In this document: piece after piece, positions 11,970 through 24,029 of the stretch | Layout: each line of letters opens with the position of its first letter | Position numbering within the stretch: the stretch's first letter is position 1 | Origin: Podarcis vaucheri | Lineage: Eukaryota | DNA length: 64,000 bases | Direction: 5' to 3' (one strand) | Assembly: GCA_965113315.1 (NCBI GenBank) | Contig: OZ220379.1 | Program-made: the position numbers and the translations under genes | The notes under the pieces: generated by a model | The model's database searches: none | Told to the model about the DNA's origin: nothing | What the model saw: only the letters and a program-made list of their open reading frames with translations

Positions 11970-13861
11970 TGTGTTTCTAGGAAACCACCCATAGTGCTTG
12001 CCCTGATGATCTCAGTGATCAACTTGGGCTGCACTGGGTAAGGCATCTCTTAAGGTATGCTGGACCGAAGTTAGTCAGGGCTTTGTACACTAACACAAGA
12101 AACCTGAAGGTCAGCTGCTGGTAGGGGACTGTATTGGAGTGGGAATGTATTGCTTAGGAAGGGGTCTTAAAACGTTTCCCCTATGTTGTCCTTCTGATGG
12201 AAACTGCCTTATTCTGCTTTTACTTGCCCTCGTTACTGGATCAGCCTGTTTCTGTCCTGTGTCAGTTTCATTCGTATATACGTTCCATCCAGTTTCTGAA
12301 TAGCTTTGCAATTAAAAAAACAAACATTCTGAAGATGTTTTCTCACAAAATGTACATCTCTGAACACGTTGTGCCCCAAAAGAATGTGTTTCCTTGTGCA
12401 TTTTGGTACAGTTTCTGAGTTAAGAAATCAATTGCAAAATTTAGAGAAGTGTAAGATCCAAAGGGTACTAGCATTCCAATCCAGATGAATACAGATGAAG
12501 TTGGTTTCTGTAAAAGTTTGCAAAAAATTGCTTAAGCATCCCTACCCATTAAATTGTGAAATGACATGGGTGTCAAGGATTAGGGTTAGGGTTTGAGAGA
12601 ATTGTAATGTTGGATAAAGAATGCATCATATTATAGAGAATGCTGATAATTTCAGTTCCTTTTTGTTTTTGTTTCTGGCCTTCATGTTTGTGAACTGAAC
12701 CCAGAAAACATGTTGGCAGTTTTTGCTATAAACGTAGGGAAAGGAACAGGGCCAAATGGGTTACATTCACTCAGCACAACCACAAATTCTTCCCAGCGCT
12801 TTCCCCACTTTTCCATGACTCTCAATGCCTGTTTTCCAGTGTCGGGCAGAAATTTCAAGACAGAATATTCCTACTTCAAAAAAACAAACCCAAACAATCT
12901 TCCAGAAACATGAACTTTGCAACTGCACAAACTTTGTAAGGCATGAAAGCTAATCACGTTTATGCAAAGTTGCTCCATTTATGCAATTTCTGGTTCTGTA
13001 AAATGTTACCATTGCAGGATTTAGTTTCTGACTAGAGAGTCGGTGGAGATTGTAGTGCAGAAGTTGAGGTACTTCATTTGATTAGTCTGTTTTGTATAAT
13101 TGCTCCTTGTATGTTTCGGTAATTCAAATGCTATGGGGACACGATCCATTTTCTCTCCATTGATATTTGCACGTAGAGATCATAGGTTTTCTGTTTGGAG
13201 AATAAGTTTCTTGGGGCTGGAATAAAACCAGGGTGGTTTCTCTGTTTGCTCTTTGACTGGAGTTTCCTGCCATCTTATCTCATAAGAAACCACACTCTAA
13301 TTGCTTCCTTCAAATTCAAATCTCAGGCAAGTGTTTCAGGGAGCATGTTTCTTACTGAAAGCCCAATTCTAATTAATGGCTCTGGTCTACCTTACTTGTA
13401 ATTACAAAGTGGGGGGTGATGGGGAAATACTTACCATTTGAGGTATGACTTCTGATAGGATCCAACACGTGACAGGGTAAATAGGCGAGATTATTGTCCT
13501 AGGAGAATGGGTGTATTAAAAATCTTCCCCTTTGATTTTTACAGATGTCTTTTTTCACTGACATGTGTACCTCTCTACCAGACCTGGAAAACCACAGAGA
13601 TTAACAGATTCTCCCAGAATACTTCATTGTTCTGGTGCCATTTGGAACATCCTTTTGGTTCTGTTCCGCTTCTTTTCCAGCAGGAATTAAGGCTTCAGAA
13701 TATTAACAACAGAAATCTCAAACATTCATAGTGGGTTTTTTAAAAAACAACAACAAACAAACAGAAAAATATCTCCACTAAATTATTTTTGAAACATTTT
13801 TAAGAGAAGAAAGAGATTGATTAAAACTTATCCCAAGTCTTAGCAATTTATATTTATATAT

Positions 13862-13865
<4 letters not shown>

Positions 13866-13902
<37 letters not shown>
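13866..13902. repeat. (CA)n microsatellite
   Basis: Direct tandem repeat. Confidence 0.95.
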
Positions 13903-13905
<3 letters not shown>

Positions 13906-16829
13906 TCCACACACATACGTGCCTGCAAAGAATATTTTTGTAAACTGCTTAGCCTTTTTTTTTTTTTTTACAATCAAGCAATTCAGGGATACCACTTAGA
14001 AAGTTGAAAGTATGCCATTTACCTATTTATCTGCAGGGGGGCAGGGAATGAAAATATTTTAAAATTAATTATCTCTGGTAAGTGAAGTTAAAAACACTAT
14101 GCTACTCTGAGTTTATTTTTAATCACTGATACTCACCTAAGATCTATTCCCTTCCCCACCCAACATCTCTGGAGTAACTACACATTTCTATATTAATTGG
14201 TTGTGCTCCACTAAAATGTAAAGTAAAGCAGAATCCCAATTTCAGAAGTTGAGGATTTCATAAACACATCTAGGAAAAACACAGAATGTTTAAAGATTAT
14301 TTGATGGCTCATGAAATTGATAATGTTCCATCAATCTTATTTTATCCCTTTTAATAGAAACCTGTGGGGTGATGGTTCATTGGCAGTACAACTGAGCTTC
14401 TCAGTCCACATTGCAATAAGGTTGGTTACAAACTTGTACACTGCTAACCCATAGCAGAACTATGTGATCTCAACATCTGCATGATATCTGGACAAGTTTA
14501 AATTCTTGATTCCCCCATGTTGTGTTGGCTTTCAGTATCGTGCCTTGGAAAGCACCACCTGTTCAATCCAGATGTTGTCAGATTCTTAAAAAATCAAACC
14601 CACAAGTGCAACGGAGTCTACAACCTCGTTTGCACATAACAGTAAACCAAACAATGGCCCATTCGTCCATTCATTACAAATTTGTAAAACCGCTTCACAG
14701 CCTAAAGCCATTGAACAATAAGATAAAAATGAGATTAACATACAAATGAGTGCAAATAAGCAAACTGTGTGGGCTTCAGGAGAGAGGAGATTGTGGCTGC
14801 TTTGCTCCTCCTCTGATGGTTCTCTACTGAGCTTTGCTGAGCTGAGCCATCGCTTGTGCTAGTGGGTTCTTGGAACCTGGGCTCATGGTTTAGCTCTCCC
14901 AGACAAACCATGAGCTATAAAGTCTGGAGAGATCAAACCCCAACTTCAGATTCAGACACCGTGCTTAAGCCAAATCATAATGAAGCACAGCAGCAGAATG
15001 CCCAGGAGATTAAGCCAAGGCAAAGTTTCTTTCCAGCTTTGAAGTGCCAAGTTCTACCACGAGTGATTCCTCTTGCTGGAGGCTTTTTGCAATTCTGGTA
15101 AAGGGTCCTTTGCTTTGGGGGAGAGAGGCTCGACTCAGCAGAAGATTTGAGCTTCTGTCCACCATGTTCCCTTGCCGTGCATATGCATAAAAAAAGGAAT
15201 GAAGGAACAAGGTAAATACTGTAACATTTGTGTCTGCCATTCAATTCTGTCTTTCAATTCAGTAAAATAGGGAGAAATCGCCATATAGGGGTATACAGAC
15301 CTCTGTTTCACACCCCTCCTGAGCTCACCTCCCCCAGCACCAGTGACATACATATGCACTGTCTCTTGGTACATCTGCGCATAAACTCAATAAATCTGAA
15401 TCTTATCTGAATCTGCAGCATTTGGTGGGATCTCAGGGAACGCTTGTCAGTCCAAATAGCCTGCGAAATCTCAGATAGGTTTGGAACGGCAGCTCCCAAA
15501 TTTTCCAGCCATGATATGGTAGGGTGATTTACTCTCCCTTGAGCTCTTCACTGTGTTTCATTTACAGTGTGTCACTTCTCCTTTGCTTCAGTTGTGTCAA
15601 GATGACACTGACCAATTTTTCAGCAATGTAACTTGATCTAGTACACATTAATACCAAGCCTAATCAAAACACACACTGCAATATGTGACTCTTTTTTGGA
15701 ACGGTTGCCTCGCAGCTGCCTAAATCCTTTCCGAATTTGCATCGGACTAGAAGTTAACTTTTACATTTTTAAATCAAGGCCAGTTTATATATGGTAGGTG
15801 CCCAGATGCATATTACTGTATACATAATCAGAACATAGGTTCTCTCCAGCTTTCTGGGGAGAGATCTCAGCCTTCGCTTTCAGTGTGAAAGAAAGTAATG
15901 AGTTGCCAAAGTAGGCACAGTATTGTGTCATTTGCATTCATTCAAACTGGGTTCCTAAATGCTTACTAAAAGCCATAATACCGAAGGTGCTTCACATTTC
16001 CAGGCTTAAAGCATGGAAAAGATCACATACTATAATGGCAAAAGGAAGCTCTTTCATGCGGATGTGCATTAAGTGTACTTTTGAGTATGGTGCTAACATG
16101 AATAAGGCACCATTTGAAAGAAGTTAGTGTTGTTTGGCCTAAGTCTGTGGGGTGGAAGAGATTAAACCTTGGGGGCCCATCCATGCTTTTAAAGCCCATT
16201 CCCAATCAAAAAAAGGAAAGGGGGGGAACCCTCAAAGGGCAGGAACACACAGAACGGTTTTTGTCCACAGAACAGCTGATTCCCTTCTCCCTTTTCAAGA
16301 ATTATTCCCCTTTCTGGCTGCTGGGAATATTAGGAAGGAAGCTCAAGAGGGAAGATGTCCTAGACCCTTGTGTTGTCTGCACACCATCCTAATGACTAGG
16401 AGATGGAGAACTCATGTTGTGAGTTCTTGCTGCTCAACCTGCCAGTTTGGTGGCGGCTATGCCAGGAGGAGAGTTGTGTTGGTGTTAGCGATGAGCGGCG
16501 GTTCAGGCCATTGCAGCAACCTTCTCAGCCATGAGCCAAAGCGGCCAGCTGAGGAGAGGCTGCTGTAGCCTCTGAAGCATGAAATGCTTAAGGGTTCTCT
16601 GCCCTTTGAACGTAGGAGATTCAGTTCTCGCTGCTGCTAGGAGTTCTGTCGGAATTCCATTTAACACTCTGCCTATTGCTCTCTCTCGAGGGATAGCGAT
16701 GGGCATAGTGGCCATCAGTGCATGCAAGTTCCTTTTCTTGCTTTGTTTTACATAGCCATGCGTATATTTTAATGTGACTTTCATGGGAGCCATTTAGAAT
16801 TATCACCCATGATAATTAGCACACCTTGA

Positions 16830-16872
<43 letters not shown>

Positions 16873-16901
16873 TTGCATGTGTGTATAAAGATAGCTTAAA
16901 T

Positions 16902-17252
16902 GGGACGCGGGTGGCACTGTGGGTTAAACCACAGCACCTAGGGCTTGCTGATCAGAAGGTTGGCGGTTCAAATCCCTGCAGTAGGTTGAGCTCCCGTTGT
17001 TCGGTCCCAGCTCCTGCCAACCTAGCAGTTCAAAAGCACGTCAAAGTGCAAGTAGGTAAATAGGTACCACTCCGGCAGGAAGGTAAATGGTGTTTCCATG
17101 CGCTGCTCTGGTTCGCCAGAAGTGGCTTAGTCATGCTGGCCACTTGATCCGGAAGCTGTACGTTGACTCCCTCAGCCAGTAAAGTGAGATGAGCGCCGCA
17201 ACCCCAGAGTCGGTCATGACTGGACCTAATGGTGTCCCTTTACCTTTACCTT
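16902..17252 (+). mobile_element. Sauria (Squam1) SINE, full length
   Basis: GGGACGCGGGTGGC start, B-box GGTTCAAATCC, (ACCTTT)n tail; 16-bp TSD TATAAAGATAGCTTAA at 16884-16899 and 17253-17268. Confidence 0.95.
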
Positions 17253-17470
17253 TATAAAGATAGCTTAATAGTCATACATGTAACCCTCCACTCTGTTTTA
17301 GTGCATTTTCCCTTAAGGTTGAAATTGACTGGACCAGAATTCTTTGCAATTTGACCGTATCAATTTCACCACTCAGTTGACTTGGATAAGCCATTTCAGT
17401 TAGGAAAATGGACTGGCTTCTACCTATCTCCCAATGCCACCACAGTTGTATTTGTCTGTACATTTCTTCT

Positions 17471-17540
17471 CATAGAATCATAGAATTGTAGAGTTGGAAG
17501 GGACATCCAGGAGTCATCAAACCCCCTGCAGTGCAGGAAT
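17471..17540 (-). mobile_element. CR1 LINE 3' end
   Basis: CATAGAATCATAGAAT is the reverse complement of the CR1 (ATTCTATG)n tail, followed by GAGTTGGAAGGGAC. Confidence 0.75.
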
Positions 17541-19070
17541 GCATCTACATTTCTCAAGCTACCAGTGCTAAATCAGAGCTAGTGGCATTGTAGAAGGGAG
17601 AATTCACTCCTATTTCCTGACAGAAATAATAGTTTGTACCCGGCCAGAGTTGTTACACTGCACCCATTTAAGTGGCCAAGGACTGAGCAAAAAGCTCTTG
17701 TATTTTCTAGGCTACCCTGAAAAACCAAGCGGGCAAGAAGTACTTCTAAACAGTGGTTGCATTCAAATTGTGTTGTCTTTGCATTTCTTTTTGGTGGGTG
17801 GGAGTCACTCCCCCCACCATAGAATCAGTAACCGTCTATTGCTTAAGGTCACCACAGTTAGCGATCTTTGGCAAGAGACTTCTTCCATTTTTGGTAATGG
17901 CAGCAAGTTTCTTTTTGGACACATTTTCTTCTGAATCTGCGATTATCTCTCAAACCTGTTTCATGTTATCATTGTCAGATTCCTCTTCTTCCAGTTTCTC
18001 AGAACAAAATATTAAAAGAAAGAAAGAAAAGAAGCCAAGCGTGGAATTGAGAGTCATATGGTTATGATTTGAGAATGTCAAGCCTGGGTATTTTATTATT
18101 ATTATTATTCTTTTTTTTAAAAAGTACACACACACCAAACAACGTACCTTTTACTTTGGGCAGCCAACTCGCTGCAGAAACATCAAAGGAAATATGTGCT
18201 GGATCAAGGTGATCCCCCCCTCCCCATCACGTCTTTGCCAGCTGCAGTGTTTATGATTAGAGGCAGACGTCCCAGACACCTCCGAGTCCTTAGTGAACAT
18301 CAGATCTTTAACGGGATCCATCCCAACTGAGTGACACTAAACAGACAGCCAGAGGGGAGTTGGTGGGGTAGTACAGGGGGGCTGGGAGAAGGTTCTTTTG
18401 GTGCTCCATGCTCTCAGAAGCCAGGCTTTGTAACAAACGCCCACTAATGCCAGTTTTTACGTTGCCCAGAGGCCCTGTCTCTCGGCTTCCAGGATGGCTT
18501 TCATTAGCACAGGGGATGCCTAGAGCCCAGCAAACGCTGTCATTGATCCTCTTGCAAGGAGTGCATTATTTGCGCAGCATTCAGGTCACACAGCCTGCTC
18601 AGCTTTGAAGCAGCTCTCCACTTCACGCTCCTGTCAGCTGCATCTTGCCAGCTTCCCGAGGCTGACACAATTCCCCTCTCCAATCTCATTCTTTTGCTCT
18701 CTGCAACTAACTACAACAAATTCCCTTTAGATGATCCCAGTGGTGGAAATATTAACACTTGTTTACTGATCCTGTTGACATAAGAATTCTGCAAATGGCA
18801 AATCATATTGATAGCGGCGCTCCATTACGAATCGTCCCTCTCCTGGTCCCTCTAGTCTTCCCTCTGTTTTTGGGATTGTTTAACAGCATCAGTGCTCAGT
18901 TGCCTTGGGCAGCAGACACATTTATTTTTATGTGTTGAAGGTGGCATGACACAGGCGTTACTTCCTGTAGTGTGTGCATGTATTTCACTTGTCCCACTAC
19001 TAAACCAGTGTTTCTAAACACTAAGGAGACCAGGATGAACAGAAACAATCGTGGGATTAGTGTGTTAAAC

Positions 19071-19428
19071 AGACACCCGTCTGTCTCGGGAGACAATGGA
19101 GGAGTGTGCCTTTCAGAATGAGGTCAAGCTGTTGGAAGGTTGCAGTGCCAGCTGTGGCTGTAGAGACTGATGTGGGGGAGACATGTTTTGTTGCAGCTGG
19201 GGCAGATGAAGGCATCCGGTTGGGCTGCTGCAGATGCACCAGGGCGTTTCTTTTCTCTGTCTTCCTCCCAGCGGTCATTCCTCCTCTGGTCACTGCTATG
19301 GATACATGACTTGACTGCCTGTCTCCAGGCACTGTTGTTGTCTGCAAGGGTTTCCACCAGGCAAGGTTGATGTTGCCTCCATGCCACGTTTGCAGACATC
19401 TTTGTAGCACAGAGTTGGTCTGCCAAGG
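19071..19428 (-). mobile_element. RTE-clade LINE, 3' segment
   Basis: Translates GRPTLCYKDVCKR...WRQAV...FICPSCNKTCLPHISLYSHSWHC (RTE C-terminal zinc finger); continues the segment at 20047-20298. Confidence 0.85.
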
Positions 19429-19431
19429 GGC

Positions 19432-20049
19432 TAGCACCTTAATATCAGCAAGACAAAGGAGATGGTGTTGGACTTTCAAAGGAAGAGAGGAGAATTAGCC
19501 CCTCTGTACATCTGGGAGGACTGTGTGGCGAGAGTCTCTTCCTTTAAATTCCTAGGAGTTTTTCTCAATGAAGACCTTACTTGGAAAATCAATACAACCC
19601 AGGTGGTTAAGAAAGCCCAACAGGGACTCCATCTCCTCAGAGTATTGCAAAAGAACAATGTCAATCAACATTTGATGATCTCCTTCTACTGGTCCACAAC
19701 AGAAGTGTCCTTTCATACTGCATTACGGTGTGGTACGCTGGTTTGACATCAACTGATAGGAAGTACAGAGGGTGGTAAATACACCACAAGGTATTATGGG
19801 CTGTCCCGTGAATCCACTGGATGAAATTGTGGAAGAACGTTGCCTCAGGAGAGTGAGGAAAATTCTCAGGGATGATTCACACCCTGGCCGGCACTTTCTT
19901 GATCTCCTCCCCTCAGGCACTGTGTCAGTGGTGGGTGTGCGACAGTAAACAAGGGGAATTAAGACTAAGAGAGCTGGGTAGGGGGTGCTTGTGTAATCTC
20001 ACTGTAGACAAGTTGTACAAGTGACAATAAAGTGTTTCATTCATTTCAT
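19432..20049 (+). mobile_element. Rex1/Babar-clade LINE, 5'-truncated and decayed
   Basis: LNISKTKEMVLDFQR...VSSFKFLGVFLNEDLTWKINTTQVVKKAQQGLHLLR is typical of the Rex1 RT C-terminal region; AATAAA followed by a (TTCA)-like tail. Confidence 0.85.
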
Positions 20050-20298
20050 CCTTGGGGTTCCTGCCATCTTCCATTCTGTGAACATGACAAAGCCAGAGTA
20101 GACGTTGCTTAGACAGGAGTGCGAACATCCTGGGAGATGTGGGCTTAGGAGAGCACAGCTTTGTTTGGAATTTTGTCCTGCCATTTGATACTCAAACTCC
20201 CTCCTGACACAGAGCACGTGGAAGGTGTTGAGGTGTCGCTCCTGACAGGTGTGAGTTGCCCACGACTCACTTCTATAAAGCAGCTTGCTCAACACGTG
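20047..20298 (-). mobile_element. RTE-clade LINE, upstream segment
   Basis: VLSKLLYRSESW...ERHLNTFHVLCVRR...QRLLWLCHVHRMEDGRNPKD, RTE ORF motifs with frameshifts. Confidence 0.85.
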
Positions 20299-20787
20299 TT
20301 TTACCACTGGCAATCATGACTGCTGTAAAACCTTTGCTCCCAAAGCTGTTGACTGTCTCTCACTCCTGAAAACCAATCTTGCTTCATCTAGGCACACTAC
20401 CACCCAGACTCCAGAGGAAAAGAAGTCAGCTTACAATTAGGTTCCTAACCATGTTACTAGAAATCAAGTTCCACCCTCATTTACCCTCTTATTTGGGTTC
20501 TGTATTTAATGCCTCAGCAGATACAGAGCCAGCCTAATAATCTGGGAAGCAAAGCACTTGGATTTAAAATGGATCGCATCAAGGAGGTCATCACCATCTG
20601 TTCCCCCACCCCATTTTAAAGGAAATTGACAAGAATAGGAGGTGGAAAGAGATAGGCATGCACTATTGTTTTTTTTAAAAATCCAAGTGGGTTCCATGTT
20701 GTTAGTTCTGGTTGAAGCCCAATCCCAAGTCTGAAAAGTTTTGGAGTTTCTGGGATAGAAAAGAGGCAGGCCCCTGGGAACACAATA

Positions 20788-21029
20788 CAGTGGTACCTCG
20801 GGTTAAGTACTTAATTCGTTCCGGAGTTCCGTTCTTAACCTGAAACTGTTCTTAACCTGAAGCACCCCTTTAGCTAATGGGGCCTCCTGCTGCCGCCATG
20901 CCATCAGAGCACAATTTCTGTTCTCATCCTGAAGCAAAGTTCTTAACATGAAGCACGATTTCTGGGTTAGAGGGGTCTGTAACCTGAAGTGTATGTAACC
21001 TGAAGCGTATGTAACCCGAGGTACCACTG
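20788..21029. mobile_element. pogo/Tigger-type MITE, family A
   Basis: Perfect TIR CAGTGGTACCTCGGGTTA / TAACCCGAGGTACCACTG, TA TSD, 242 bp. Confidence 0.92.
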
Positions 21030-22061
21030 TATAGGATCTAGACTAGAGTTGTGGATCAGTCGAAGAAGACGTTTTAACCAGGCAAGAGTCAGTTCGGCGT
21101 TTTGCTCTGTGTCTTGACACTCAGTGCAAGCCCTTTGGCTGAAGCAAGGTAGTGCGAACACGCTCAGCCAACTTGCCTGGCCTGCCGCTCTTGTGTCAGC
21201 AAGACTGAGCTCTTTGTGTGTGCGACCGGAGACACTCCCTCCCTCAAGGGCTCGGCTCGCTTTTCCCTCAGAACTCTTACCTCTAGCAGGTCTAAAAAAA
21301 CAAGGGACCTAAATTGGAGGTTGCGCCTTTACTTAGATTGAAATCTTTTAATTAAGAAAAAGAGCACCAGAAATGTATTCTGCGCTTCAGGGCGATAGTT
21401 TTAAGTGAAGTCCTCCTTTTAGTCTTCATATCCTAGTTATTATCCTCCGTTTACAAAAAATATTTTTATGGTGTTCATAATGCTAAAACAAGTGGGGCTG
21501 ACAGCTTAATTTTCAGAATAATTAACGTGCTGCTCATTGCAATAGCTTTATTTCCTAGCTGCCCCCAAACTTTAAACGTTCTCTCTCTCTCTCTAGATTA
21601 ATACAGTGTACAGAAGTTTCACTACTACCAAGGCCACTTTTGTTTTAAGCCACAATTTGATGCCATAAAAGAAAGGAGCACTGGAAAATAAATCAATATA
21701 TTTTAATTAGGAAGGCAAACCACAGCTTCTTCCCTTTAAAATACACTTGAGGTGTGTCAAATAGCCTTAGTTTCAGTTTTCAAGTCAAATGTCGCAACAT
21801 GAAATGTTTCAGAAAATACTTTCTGTGAATATTCACATTTTCCTCCTCTCCCCAAACTGTTCCTTTAGGTCAGGGATGGGCAATCTCCCCCCACCCTCAT
21901 ATGGGGCCACATTCCCTCAGGGAAAATACTTCAGCAAAACCTTTCAAGCAGCAGCTGTGATCCAAAGGGATATTCAGTTGATACGTTGTTTTGTGTAACT
22001 TGGCCACAAAACAGCTGTCCGTTGTAGAGGTGGGCTCACAGTGATGTTCCTCCTCTTACAT

Positions 22062-22191
22062 TAGGGACGGGGAAGCTGTGGCGTCCAGGTATTGCTGGAC
22101 CACAATTCCCGCCATCCCTGACCATTGGGCATGCTGGCTGGAGCTGCAGTGGGAGACCCAAAAACTGGAGAAGCACAGGTTCTCAACTCCT
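22062..22191. mobile_element. Short palindromic hAT-like MITE
   Basis: Internal CATCCCTGACCATTGGGCATGCTGGCTGG motif shared with other copies; flanks TCTTACAT/TGTCACAT resemble a decayed 8-bp TSD. Confidence 0.55.
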
Positions 22192-23437
22192 GTGTCACAT
22201 CTTTTTTCAACCTGCAACTGCAGTTTGGGTGTTTCGAAGCTGCATGCTTTATTACTGGAGCAAACTATCAGTGCATCAGAGTATATATACAAATACAGCC
22301 CCAGTGACCTATGTCTCACTTTCTACGTAAGTTAATGTTTCTCGGAGCAGTGTTCTCATGCGTGGCCTGCTTTGGCTCATCTGATCCCCCAAGGTCTCTC
22401 TGACCTTGGCATCCTTATGTGATTCATACTTTCTCACATGGGCGAACTGTTCCTAGCATATTTCTGCCCAAGTACTTGGTACAAACAGGGCTTCCATTCA
22501 TTTTAGATTGGACATGGTATGTCTAGATTTATTTGGCACACACGCAGATGGCAGCTCTTCCAGAGAACATCCTTCCTCGGCTGCAAGCAGGTCAGTCGTT
22601 GCAACACGTGATAGTGTGTGTCATTGCACAACACGGATGCCACCTGTTGTTGTGAATGACAGACAGCACTTGATAACTTATTGTGTGTGGTGTGTGTTTG
22701 TGTGTTCCCATGCTGTGGCTTCTTGCAGTAATTCACGAGGAAATTGAATGCGTGCCTGTGGTGAATCGGATTCTGATTCTATACTTCAGTGCCGAGGGAG
22801 GCAAAATGTTATGCAGATACTTCCCTTTAAGTTGTAGAAAGTTCACTACAGCAAGCCAAACATGAGAACATTTTCTTCCCTTCGTTGAACCTGAATTATA
22901 TTACGCATGATATATTTCTCCTGTGTGTGGTCCTCCTCCCCACCCCCTTTTTTCTGGAAGGTGCACGCATAATTGAACAAGGTGTTTTGAAGATGCAAAT
23001 GTTTGGCAAAGGGTTCCCCCCCACCCCCGCTATTTGATAAATCACTCTAGGTTTTTTTTTTGTGTGTGTATGGGTTTTTCTTTTTCTGGAACAGCGTCTC
23101 TTAACAACAACTTGGCAAAGTCAACATCTATTTGATTAATCTTTCTTAGATGATGGAACTGAATGCCTTTGAAGATTCTGGAGAAGATTCAGTGCCTAAT
23201 TTTGGAGTCTTCTGCCATGGACTTTTGAACCTTTTAGGCATTTTGAAGGGGGTAATACGTGATTTCTCGAATCCACCACCATCTAAAATTTATACAGATT
23301 TGTAGGTTCACCCATTTCTATTTCCCCTCTGCCTTTCGGTCCTTGCAAACGCAAAACTCTTTCTGGAAACTTGGATATATTATATTTTTGTAGTGTCTTT
23401 GACAAGGAGAGGATATAGGTATCCAAGCATATAGGTA

Positions 23438-23571
23438 TGGTTGCTGAGTTTTTGAATTAATTTTATAATGAATGATTTTAGAGTGTTGTTTGTGCTGTAC
23501 TTTTGTACTGTTTTATTGTTGTTAGCCGCCCTGAGCCCGGCTTCGGCTGGGGAGGGCGGGATATAAATAAA

Positions 23572-23624
<53 letters not shown>
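23438..23624 (+). mobile_element. Young L2 3' UTR fragment
   Basis: GTTAGCCGCCCTGAGCCCGGCTTCGGCTGGGGAGGGCGGGATATAAATAAAATT identical to 25753-25806; long (TTA)n tail. Confidence 0.9.
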
Positions 23625-23625
<1 letters not shown>

Positions 23626-23709
23626 CAGGACTCAGCTCATTGGGGAGGCTGGAAAAAGTAAGGCTTTCTCAGTCCTGTTATTGCCCAGAGTAACAATATC
23701 TTTGCTTTA

Positions 23710-23847
23710 GTTACAGGTAGGTAGCTGTGTTGGTCTGCCGTAGTTGAAACAAAATTAAAAATAAATAAATCCTTTCATTAGCACCTTAGAGACCAACTAA
23801 GTTAGTTATTGGTATGAGCTTTCGTGTACATGCACACTGCTTCAGAT
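23710..23847 (-). mobile_element. Penelope-like element (PLE) terminal-repeat fragment
   Basis: GTAGCTGTGTTGGTC...AGCACCTTAGAGACCAAC...ATGAGCTTTCGTG...CTTCAG architecture characteristic of vertebrate PLE repeats; ends in a hammerhead-like core. Confidence 0.75.
23811..23847 (-). ncRNA. Degenerate minimal type I hammerhead ribozyme motif
   Basis: Minus strand reads AU-CUGAAGCA-GUGUG(CAUG)UACAC-GAAA-GC-UC-AUACC: CUGAnGA-like box, helix II, GAAA box, palindromic AGCU helix III. Confidence 0.6.
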
Positions 23848-24029
23848 GTGTGCAGATATCTTTGCTACAAGTGTTTTAAAGCATTTCATGCACTCAGAAG
23901 TGTTGTGCAAATTATTCACAGTAACAACAAAACAACACAAAACCCAGAGAGGAAATACCAAACAGATTATACAAGGCAAGGAAACAGAAACACAGCAGCA
24001 GCCTGAATGTCAATGTTTTACATGAGAAC

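Noticed and set aside
12160-12545. Decayed element ending CATCCCTA (similar at ~28346-28703, ~58770-59000, ~62480-62730)
   Set aside because: Probably old DNA-transposon relics, but boundaries and family cannot be supported by eye.
12580-12594. TTAGGGTTAGGGTT as an interstitial telomere
   Set aside because: Only two units; expected by chance.
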